Positions 50,701 through 62,700 of a DNA stretch of 64,000 nucleotides are shown in pieces. Every line of letters starts with the position of its first letter. The stretch's first letter is position 1. A model generated the notes under the pieces. The model was not told where the DNA came from and did no database searches. It worked only from the letters and a program-made list of their open reading frames with translations. The stretch covers positions 3,008,713-3,072,712 of the forward strand of contig NW_019091356.1 of assembly GCF_001949145.1 (NCBI RefSeq), written 5' to 3'. This DNA is from Acanthaster planci (Eukaryota). Position numbers and translations under genes: made by a program.

Positions 50701-53700
50701 CCATGGCCAGGGCGCTGACCACGCTGGACGTGGTGCTGGTCAGCGCCACCAGGATGTCCACGTCCAGCTGGCCCAGGAGGTGGGCGTTGGCCACCGCGCT
50801 GGTCATGCTGGAGTTGACGGACTGGGCGGCTAGGATCACAGTGTTGATCGGAAGCTGGAGAAGCCAAAATACATGAGAAATCAAAATCGAATTTTCTCTC
50901 CAACAAATGGTCTAATGCTTCCCTCATTGTTGCATTAGCTGTGTGTGAAAAAATAGGCCATGTTTAACACAGACTTCTTGAGCTACGGCTGCATCTCATA
51001 ATCAGTGGCGAGTACTTGCCGATTTGGAAACTGTGAAAACCTAGACCTAGCCACAACTTTGCGTACCACCAATATGGGGTCCTCTCCTGCCCATTTCTTC
51101 TTCCAATATCATTTGTAAACCTCTTCACGGTTGGCACATACGTAAACTCTTAGAGGGGGGTGCACTCGGTACATCCACTCAATTATTTCAATAAGTACAA
51201 AGCTCCCTTTATGGTCTCCGTCCTCGGTAGGGGAGGGGGGAAAAGAGGAATGGTTCCAAGACAAGTTGATACCTCCAGGGGCACGTAGCTGCTGGCTGCG
51301 GTTGCCATGCTGCTCTGCTGGATCTCCAACTGGTCCCTCATGGGCAGGGTGATAAGGGCCGAGACCAGGGCCGACCGGATCTGCCTGCGCAGCGACAGCA
51401 ACTGCAGCATGCACAAGAGGGGAGGAAAGACGAATCACCTTGGGCTCATCTCCCTCGCAGTTCTTGCTATTAAAGCTAACGATACTCTCAAAATCTCCCC
51501 CAGTGTAGGAAAGCGATGGCATACTATTTCTACTTTGATTTTCAAGCAGCAACAAAGTCTTGGGAAAGTAAGAGGTAGGGATTCCCCCTCATAAATCCTG
51601 CTACTCCCTACCCAAAACGTATGGTCTCAAGAGGGTTCACCTGTGGGTCTGAATCCAACCTATGGTTAAAGGCACATTTACTTCCTCTCATTCTGGAAGG
51701 CAGACGGGTTGTCTATTGTGGTTGGGTAAATTCCATTCTTGTTTTGAAAACGAGTGATCAGCATTTTGTTCTGATTGAGAACAACTCGGGGGAAGAAGGA
51801 TCAGAAATTATTTGAAAATGATCCCATCTTGAAAAGCCTACAGAAACAGTCAANNNNNNNNNNNNNNNNNNNNNNNNNNNNNNNNNNNNNNNNNNNNNNN
51901 NNNNNNNNNNNNNNNNNNNNNNNNNNNNNNNNNNNNNNNNNNNNNNNNNNNNNNNNNNNNNNNNNNNNNNNNNNNNNNNNNNNNNNNNNNNNNNNNNNNN
52001 NNNNNNNNNNNNNNNNNNNNNNNNNNNNNNNNNNNNNNNNNNNNNNNNNNNNNNNNNNNNNNNNNNNNNNNNNNNNNNNNNNNNNNNNNNNNNNNNNNNN
52101 NNNNNNNNNNNNNNNNNNNNNNNNNNNNNNNNNNNNNNNNNNNNNNNNNNNNNNNNNNNNNNNNNNNNNNNNNNNNNNNNNNNNNNNNNNNNNNNNNNNN
52201 NNNNNNNNNNNNNNNNNNNNNNNNNNNNNNNNNNNNNNNNNNNNNNNNNNNNNNNNNNNNNNNNNNNNNNNNNNNNNNNNNNNNNNNNNNNNNNNNNNNN
52301 NNNNNNNNNNNNNNNNNNNNNNNNNNNNNNNNNNNNNNNNNNNNNNNNNNNNNNNNNNNNNNNNNNNNNNNNNNNNNNNNNNNNNNNNNNNNNNNNNNNN
52401 NNNNNNNNNNNNNNNNNNNNNNNNNNNNNGGTGCCCGCGTCACGTTGTACCTACATGTTTTTTTATTTCATCATCAAGTTTTATTAAATTACCATGGAAG
52501 AGTTTACATGGCTACAATCATCATATGTTTGTACAAAACTACTTTTATAAACATTAAGTATTTTTGGCTCCTGTTATAAAAGGTTTTCAAAAGATATGTG
52601 AAGCTGAATTATTGCGGTTTCATTTGCTGCCATGCACATGCGGTTGTTTGCGAATTCTCAAACAGTCCGATAAATGTTATCCTTTTTTTACATATATAGG
52701 CATCTGTCTTCCTCCGATCTATCCACAAACAACCAAGCTTCACAAATCTTGATGTTAGTTTGTACGAAGAAACCTCTCTGTGGGAAAGAAATAACACATT
52801 CAAAGAAGAAAAAGTGGGTTTTCAATAACGTTTTATAAACAACTGGAACATTTTAATAAATAGTGACCCTTTCCCGTATGACAGTCTTAAACCGTGACAC
52901 CGATTCAGTGACACAGTTTTGCAATATTCCTATTTTCCCTCCAAAATTCCATCCCTTCGAAGGTGCAATGTGCGCTCCCCCCATCAGCACTGGCCCATCC
53001 CTAATTCCCGAACGGCACGGTTCAATGTAGCGAAGAGTTCTTTGACCAACAGTACACTATGCTATGAAATACATTCTTAAACAAAAAAGGCATTTATGTC
53101 TCTCTGTTACCCTGTAAATATTGATAAAAAGTAGTAAAATGTCTTGTAAGCAAGTCACAGTGTAGCTATAAACTGAACACAGGACAGACAATGACTTTAT
53201 TTTTCCAAACATCACAAGAATTAAAGTTGGCATTGATTCGGACGTGATAAATAACAAGTCCGTTGAATTAGTCTTGCGGTGATTTCAGGCAATAAAATTT
53301 GTCCCTAACGTATCAAACCCAAGTCCTACTGTGATCTTCTCCCATCCACAAAATTGTGCTTCAACTTCCTGGAAATTACAAGTTCTCGATCAACCTCCAG
53401 AGGCATCGACGGCCCCAGTACTATTAAGCTGAATCATTATCTCCACCACTCTGTAATTATGACAATTCATTTTCTCAGAAGTTGCTAGAAAATTTTCAGG
53501 ACCATTACTATTCCAAAGGCATTTATTATTTAACCCTGTTGTTAAAAGTCATGAACAGAAAAGCTAAAACAAATACACATTACACAGGAACACCGAAAGG
53601 GAAAAGAAATAACCGTCTTATATACAAAACACAAGATGCGAAAAATGGCGACTAGTGATACATGAAATGTAGGAAAGATCAGAAGAGAAAACTCATTAAT

Positions 53701-56700
53701 GGAGGGCAGGCAGGATATTTAAGTTAGTAATATATAATTTCAAATCTTTATACAATAATTACAGGATAAGAAGCTGCACTGTAGTTAGGATTAGAGAAAA
53801 TGAAACAGAGAAACATTTTCCGATTTTTTTTCTGCACTCGTCCAAAAACATGAGCTCAGCCAATTTTCTCCTCAAAATGATTTATCAGTTTTTTTCACTC
53901 TTGGCCTTTTTTTTTCTCTAATCCCATTTTGAAGACAAAGATAATGCAATTTTTATGCGAGTGCTGGGAATTCAGACCATCGTGAATACCTGTGATTTAG
54001 ATTCTCTTTGTTTTCGAATGGGGGAGGGGGCCAGTGAGTGACGGTTCCCAATGGTCTGACTGTAACCCAGTGGCAGCGGACAATTTTCAAAGTGGGAGGG
54101 GGAGGCAGTTGTTAGACCATCAGGCATCAGCCACTAACAGGCCAGTCCATTCACCCCCGCCCCATTATAGGCCCTTCAAAAAGTGGGGGGGGGGCTGGCC
54201 CCCTCCCCTTCCGTCGCCAGTGCTGTAACTGGGATTTTCTTGGGGTATGCCATCAAAGAGGTATTTCAAGATGGTCTGGTTATAGAGGGAAGGAAGTGAG
54301 AAGAGCCTTCAGCCACCACCATGGGGGTAGTATCGGGATATGACGTTGTTCTTTAAAAGTCTTCGCTCAAGGCGGCGACTGTGGAAGCGAAGGAGAGCAT
54401 GAAAACTGTGCGTGACTGTTAGCCAAACAGTGAGCCCCTAGGACTCCCTGGAAAGAGTGGTATCTGTGTGACTAACGGGCAAGATTAAAACAAAATGGAA
54501 ATAACCCACAACAGCTAGGGACTATTTAGTATTCTGTCAGACTCTTGCAGAAATGGGGAGCGAGTTTTGGGAATCCCAGTTTGTGCAAGAATCTATGTAA
54601 TCATTGAAGTTGTCAATGTGTTCACACAGAATACGGTCGAATGTTACATTTGTTCAAGGAGCAGAAATGACTGCTTTGGTTTATTTTGCGATCTATGTCT
54701 GTGAATATTTCTGAGTGTTTATTTTGTTGTCTTTGTTGTGTTTATGTGGGAATACTTGTGTTTCATTTTTTGTTCTGATTGGTTGATCAACCAGGCCATG
54801 TTTAAATGCAAATTTTTCCCATCTTGTCAGGCGGCAAAATACTGTAACCTCTCACTCACACAATTACCTCCACTCGCTCACAGAAGCCTAAAAAGTTTCA
54901 ATGGTCAGTTCTAAACAGCAATCAAGTGGAACTGCAGATCCTAAATTAGCTGGTCTGGCAAACGCTCTCCAAACAACCATGAAAAAAAAACCAATCCAGG
55001 AAGTTCTGTGACCAGATCTCCTTAAAGAAGCAGGAAAAAGCCACTAGGTCGGATGACATCGACAACCACAACTCAATGAAAATCAGCTATCTAAAAAAAA
55101 CCAATCCCCTACAATACGACCTAAGAAAACAGAAAAAAAATCTCAAATCTCACTCACTGACAAGATTTTGCCCAAACAAGAGAAGAAAGTATTTCACATT
55201 TTAAACATGGCAATGAAAATGGTATTTTTTTTAAACAAAGGATGTCGATACTTTGGGGATTCTGGGCTTGACATGAAGCAGCAAAAGAACAATAAAGTGT
55301 GACTTCTTCCTTAACCCTAATTCCCAGAGTGATTTACTAGGAACCATACCCATTCACACAAATTCCAACACCATATGGTAAACTGTGCACAAAAACTGTT
55401 GGACGTTGGACTGTTGTTTATTTTGGGTTTGCCTGAACCCGTGTTAAAGCACAAGCAGTTTAGGGGTACAGTACCCAGTGCCACAAATTCACACACTTTA
55501 CTGGTGTTCAGTTCTGTGTGGTTAGGGTAATAAAGAATCATTTAGATAGTGCAAGAAATACTGGAGAAGTTTGGTTTTCTGTGCTGCATCTGATAATGAA
55601 ACGAATGCCAATCTAAAGGCTCTGAAACTCTGAAAGAAAAAGCAACCCAATCAGTGCCACTGTTAGAACACTGGTAGTCAAGAGCCTGACATAGAGTGAC
55701 CTAACAAGAGCTCTGATTGGATGTGCTACTTTGCAAAGTAATCCATGATGCAAGCTAGAAGGGTATTTACACGGCATTATTTACAAGATCCTGCAACCAA
55801 AGAAAACAGTATTTCCACTAAACAATGCAGTAAGTGAGACACCAACGTAGGAAGTAAGCAGGACAGAGGGGGGCGTGATTCCACTGAGCTCGTGAGCCAA
55901 AATGCTGCTTGGTAAATGTATGGACTAAGCAAGAACCTGCCAACAAAACTAGCTGTATTAAAATAATACCCATCCAATGACTTGTTACACTCGTTACGTT
56001 TCTCACTAAGCACAGTTATTTCCTGCAAGGGAAATTTCTTGACTTACAAGAATTCCTCGACGCTCTCTCCCGGGCCAAACGTCTTGGGCAGGACCTGGAT
56101 GTTGATGGAGCAGACGGATGTCTTCCCTCCTTGACCATCAACTATAGCCACTTTGATATAAACTTTGGTTTCGGTAAAAAGATACTCAGATGTTATTTGC
56201 AAACATTTACAGGTGAACGTAATGCAAAATGGAACTTACGGACTCACATTTGTCAAGCCATCACATTCACAGCGTACAGCTGTGGGACAAAACTCTTCCA
56301 ATTAAGGTTCTGTTCAATCTGGCTGTGACTAGAGTTAACTCTACACCTATGGGAAGCGGCTATAACTACAAGGTAGTGGCTTCCATAAGCATCCATGTTG
56401 TAGACAGCCACAGCCGCAACGTTTCGGTACAACCATTTGTGCTTTTGCTTTGAGGGAGTGGTACTTTTTTTCTTTGTCGGGGGTGGGGTTTTAAAATGGG
56501 CAGATTTGACCTCTCAAATGTTTTTTTGGGGGGTTGAAAGTACAGGGGGCAGTAATTGCAACTCCCAGTATCGTTTCAGACAGCTGATCCCAATCACTTG
56601 GCTACGGCTTTGCAAATAACACTCAAGTCCATGGGAAAATGGCTGCAGAGGCTAGTCAGTGCCTGTCGTCACAGACACGTGTTATTTCGAGCCGTTGACA

Positions 56701-59700
56701 AGTAATTCGGACACAACTAGACTCACCCAGGTGATCGTTGTCTTTGTAGCCAGCTGGCAGCTGGAACTTGACGGCGTGCTTCATGCCAAAGTACAGGATA
56801 GTCAGGTCCTCTGTCTCGTTCAAGCTGTAACTGACTTCATACTGGATCGGAGAATGCTAGGAAACAGACCCCGAAAAAAATGCAGAATTGTGGGTGCGAC
56901 GTTTAGAAGTCTATTTGATTCATCAATCACACTACACAGCAATGCTACACCGTCAGCACATGCTAAGAGAATCTCATCTTCTTACCTCATCCTGCCATCC
57001 CAGGCAGTTGATGGTAAAGACGGTCTCCATCTCGTTGCCCTCATCGGGTGTTATGGAGCACAGCCCTGCCCTGGGGCCTCTGTTGACTGTGGCGTACTGG
57101 TAAGCCTTTCCCGTTTTCATGACACCATTCTCTGCGGAGCAAACGGAAGATGGTTATCTGGTGCACTTGCCTCGATTCTGACCGTAACCCTTGGAAGAAA
57201 TCTTGCCCGCGAGTAGGCGAGGTTCGCATATCATCCAGACTACTCAGTATCATTCTCACTGTTTGTATTAGGGATAATTTGGCTTGATTTATTCAAATCG
57301 CCTAAACAGGAGAATCTTTTCACTAGACCCCAAACCACAGATCTCAGAGAAGGAATACCCAATTGACATGAAATTTTGCACACTGATAAAATAACTTATT
57401 AACATGTCTGTGTAGCCAATTACACAACATCATTATAATGACTGCAACATATCCATGTCTGACTTAAATGAAACATCGGTGATGTACTCGTATTGACTGT
57501 CTTAACATGCACACAGGATTTCAAAATGATCAAGCATGGGACAGCTGAGATCTGGAGGGGGAAGATCTCCCTCTCCCTCAGCCAAAAGTAAATCCACGCT
57601 TTACTAGGAGTACCCCAGAGCCCATCCCTAGGAGTACCCCCCAGTGCCCATCCCTAGGAGTACCCCCAGTGCCCATTCCTAGGAGTAACACCCCCCCCCC
57701 ACTTTACCCATCCCAATCCCATCTCACCGTTCTTATGTGTGGAAATGACAAGGGCATAGGTCCTGTTCTCATCCAGCAGGCCTGGCTTGATGGTCAGTGC
57801 CCGGCCGGACAGGCCCGTGGTGGTGTCCTGGGGGGTCAGCACCCGCTGCTGGAGGGACTTGGACACCACGTGCTCGCTAACAGCCGGCGGCGCGTTCGGG
57901 TCCACTACCGGATCACCGTTGTTGCTGCCGTCGTCCCCATCTGTGTTGGTATCAGGTGGTGCTGGTGGAAGGGTGAGGGAGTGGAATTATCAGTGAATTC
58001 TAGCTCACCACACTCTGCTAAGCTAAACCCAGAAGCAGTAAGATAGTCCTGACCAGAGCCGTATATAGAGAAAGTGGTGCCAACTTCACACTTTGGAACC
58101 AAAATGGCTGTTCATTATTTGTGCCATACAGCATGCAGCTATTATGTGCCAATTTTCTATGTGCATTGATGCATAATCCACCATTTTGATTCCAACAATT
58201 GAGACACTCATGTCGTAACTCTCTCTATAAACAGTTTCTGGTCCCGACTCCACAAGATCATCCGAGACATCCAGTCTCAATACAAAACACTTGCCATTCA
58301 AGTGAACTGTGACAAAGGCTTTTTCCCGTCATTGTTCATGCCCTTTGACTTGTGCCAGGGCCCAATTTCGTGGCGCTGCTTACTGCAGAAATCCGCACTG
58401 ACACTGACTGGGCTAGGAGAAAAATTCTGTGATATCCTTTTAAGCACAGAATCTTTAGTTACGGGATGTATGCCTGCGTACCAGCCAAAATTCCTTGCTA
58501 ACCCATGAAATACATTGGCCGTATGCACAGAATGTGTGTTATGGTAAGCACCGATTTTCCGCTTGCTGTGAAATTTGGCCCTTGTCTTGTATCACTGTGC
58601 CTGTCTAGTGAATGGGCATGGCTTTGGTCATGAGATGCCCCTACTACGACACTGTCTAGCACTAACTTTTTATTATGTTTCAGGGTGATTTTTCAAACTT
58701 CTAAACAGATGACCTTGTCTCAAATTTATCAAATGCTTGGAGATGGGTGCAAAGTTTTCAATGGTGTGTAAACCAAAACCAAAAAAACCCAACTTACGTG
58801 GAGGGTTCAAACCAGGCTCATCACTGGAACCTGTACAAAGAAAATAATTCTCGTGAAACAACTGGAAAAATATCAACCGATATAGCATTCAAATGCGAAT
58901 TTGAGGAGTTTTATTGACTGAAAAATTATTTACAGATTTCACTTACCGAGGTATTCCTCAGGGTAATTGCCGTCATAGTAATCTTCACTTATGAAATCGC
59001 CACCATCAGTATCAACCGGCTGGCTGACATTGGGACTTTGCTGGCCAGTGTCAGGTGCGGTGTGGGTAGGAGTGCTCGCTTGGGAATCACTTGCGCTTCC
59101 CGGTGGAGTTCCCACTGTGGGGGAGCCTTCTGTTGGGGAGACACCAGTGCCTCGCGGAGAACTTCCGTCAGTGTCATTGGAGCCGGATGATCCAGGGAGC
59201 TCTTCCAGAAAACTGTTTTCAGCAACACTGCTGCCAGCTTCGTCCAGGCTGCCCCCTGCTTCGTCAAAGCTTCCACCAGCTTCAGTGAGACTGCTGCCTC
59301 CTTCAACTTGGCTTCCGACAGTTTCAGCAATGCTTCCCCCTATTTCAGAGCCAACACTTCCCTCTGCTTCCGCCTGGCTTCCATTGCCTGCCATCGAGCC
59401 ATTACCAGCTTCCACAATGCTACCTCCAGCTTCCATAAAGCTTCCACCGGCTTCTGCAAAGCTTCCCCCAGCTTCTTCAAAGCTCCCGCCAGCTTCTTCA
59501 AAACTTCCAGCTGCTTCTTCAAAGCTTCCACCTGCTTCTTCAAAGCTCCCACCACCTTCTGCAAGGCTTCCAACACTTTCAGCCGGGTTTCCACTGGCTG
59601 TGATTAGTCCATCTATAGGGGTTGTGGGGCTTTCACCTGGTTCCTCAACACTGCCTCCAGCTTCTGCGAGGCTGCCACCAGCTTCCACAAGACTCCCCCC

Positions 59701-62700
59701 ACCTTCAGCAAGACTTCCAAATGCATCACTGGCCTCGGCAAAGCTACCCACAGCTTCCTGGAAACTACTGCCAGCTTCCACAAAGCTACCACCCGCCTCT
59801 TCAAAACTTCCTGCGGCCTCTTCAAAACTGCCTGTGGCTTCCTCAAAACTACCAACTGCCTCCCCAAAGCTACCAGCTGCTTCACCCAAACTCACGTTGG
59901 TACTTGCTGAGCTGCTTCCATTCAGGTGTTCAGCGACACCTGTCATTCCCACAGAAGAGTTTCCCAAAGCTGCAGGAGTGCCCAAAATTGCCAAGGGAGC
60001 TGGTGCTTCTTCGTTAACAGCAACATCCTCAACCAAGCTTGATCCCGTCTCTTCAGTGAGACTGCCAAACCCCTCATCAATGCTCCCTTCCTGAAAGGAA
60101 TCCCCTGTGTAATCACCACCTCCAAGATCAAGACCAGAGCCAACCGTTGTTGCTGGCTCCGACACTGGAACCACAGAATCCTGTCCACCGAGTTGATTGA
60201 GAGACGCAGAGCCGTTAGTCTGAGATGAGTCAGTGGCAGTGTCTTCCTCTACACTGCCAGATGGCAGAAGTCCTGTGTTGATAGCATTGCTGAAGTTGTT
60301 TTGAGCAGTTGAAGTGGCAACTGTCTGAGTACCTTCCAAGACAATATCAGTAAATAAAATTAAAAGCTACTAAAAAGGAACATAAAAACCATGTCCTGAA
60401 TTACGGAAACTCACACTTAACAGAAGGACTACATCCCATGATAGTCAATTTTGGGAAAATCTGAGGACTTTTTAAAACAAAATTAGAACAGCAACACAGT
60501 GGCTGACTCTCTTCCACTCACTTTGGTTGATGATGTTGCTGTCTTCCTCCGGATTGGACGAGGGTGACGACGGGGAACTCTCATTGGCTACCAGATACTG
60601 GCCATAGGATCCATCACCAGGTACACATCGACGACCTGTTGGGGGAAAGAATATTGGTACACCGCAACGTGTTAAAAGGGTCTCGTGCATCCTTGTTAAT
60701 GTTCTGGTTAATAGTTACGAGAAAAATCATCCACCACGAAAATAATTAGGTGCCACTTGCAAACCCAAAAGTGTTCTTTCTGATGTGAGTAATATCAAAC
60801 ACGTTCTGTTTCCAGGGTTCATAGCACAGCTACAACAGTAACATAATCTCTTAAAATCATCTTTTACTTCAAATCATACAACATCAGTCTAAAGTCCAAC
60901 AAATAAATTCGTTGTGGTGGTTATACTTTCTTCAACAGTCACCTGTCATGAGGTGTCAGGACAAGGGGCAGTAGGAATCAAAGAGAAGTGTGCACACATG
61001 AGACTCTTGCACTTGCGCACATTATCCTACCTGACGTTAAATCAAAGTAGCTGCTTGACGTAATGCCATCCAGAACCACGTAGAGCTCCCAAGTGTAAGT
61101 GGTGTTCTCATCGCACTCCGGGCAGACAGCTTCCAGGGTTAACTGCTCGTTGGCATTGACGATGCCGTCTTCGCATTTGAGGCAGTCAATCGATACCCTG
61201 GTCATAAAATTGGTTCACAGGATGAACAGCCGTGGACAGCAAAGTTCTAACGGACCTTCACTGCAGCCATTTTAGATGGCAGTGTTATTGTGACCAATTC
61301 CAGTAACGGAAATCACCTCTAGGATGACCGTCATGGGTAGGGCCATCATGGGTTGGGTCTTCACAAAATTTTTCTTGACTGCACTGATACCGCAAAATGG
61401 GTTTACGAACACTGAGAATCTTCTGAGAGCGAGACAAGTTACTGAAAATCGCTTGCTTGTTAACAACAACACGTACAGAAAAACGTCAGTTTCAAGTCCT
61501 GTACAAAATCAACCTCGACTCCATCATCAATTTCATTTTATTGAATTTCACTCGAAAGACATTGAAAGGAATGGATACAAAAAGCTAAAGATCCTAAATA
61601 TTCAAAAAGATACTTACGCAAGAGGCAAAGTTCAGTGTAAACGTATTTGGTAAGTGGACATATGAAGCAAGACATGAGACGGAGAGAACCCCCGCTACTT
61701 TGTGTTGGTCATTGTTTCACGGGAATCTGAGGAATTCATTTTAGACATCTAGGGGGGATGTGTTAGATAACAATAGTCTAGAGTGTGTATAGCGACTGGA
61801 CATGTTGGAGGGGTATCCCTCGGTCTCAGTTCTGGCTGGATATACAAGTGGACACTGTGTTTTACATTGAAAAGCATACTCTGATGAAAAGTTAATTGAG
61901 GAGAAACACGATCGTTCCACATCGAAAATCTTGGTTCGCAAAGGAAAGTGTACTTACTGCATTTGCCTCTCTTCTTGCCCTTCTTCTGTCTCCCGCACGA
62001 GCGAGAGGACCTGCGTGGTTTCCACGTCAGCCCGACCCTCCTTGCCAACGCGCAAGGCAAAGACGAAGGACCTGGACCCGTTGGCCAGAAGCCAGGAGGC
62101 GGGGAAGACCAGGGACGCATTGGATGATGGGAGGAGGGAGGTCTGGTTGGCCAACATGAGGGCTGTCTCGTTGAAGCAAGGAGCAGTGGGCACATTCAGT
62201 GGGTAGCAAGTCCAGTTGTACCTGGGTCGTTATGACGAATATTTGGAAGGTTAGACGGACTTGTTTTGGACTTTCTAAATGACGAATGCCAGGTTTTCTT
62301 GCAAGCTGCATGCTACAACTTGTTTCATCAGGCACAACACATGTGGTGCCTAGTAACTTGCATTTCACAAAATGCACAGGTATAAGTTTTTTTCCTGAGT
62401 TTACAACTCAACACGCAGACAAAAAGACAAAGCTCAAAGATACAATGTGACACATGGATCATTTACCAACAGGAATATTAGATTTAGATTTAGGAAACAG
62501 ATTTGACACAGAACATTGTTTCTTTCCAATCCACACAAAATCTGAGCTCCCTTCTGAAACCCAGCCTGAACCTTTCCCTTGGTCCCTACCTCAGGTTGGT
62601 GTTGTCATTATGGTCGTCGGGGTCATAGGAAAAGCTGCCGTTGAGGGTCACTGTCATGTCTGAGCTGAAGTAACGCCTCGTCCCGCCCTCGATGACGCTC

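Noticed and set aside
51775..52557. Long ORFs across the N runs (also 30709-30973)
   Set aside because: Artefacts of translating assembly gaps.
53260..53500. Exon-like composition in the intron right of the gap
   Set aside because: I found no phase-compatible open frame with splice sites on the minus strand and no recognisable protein on either strand.
58991..60094. 367-aa plus-strand ORF with (KLPPASS)n repeats
   Set aside because: Antisense shadow of the repetitive PKD1L1 exon; the minus-strand frame has the fitting splice sites and phases.
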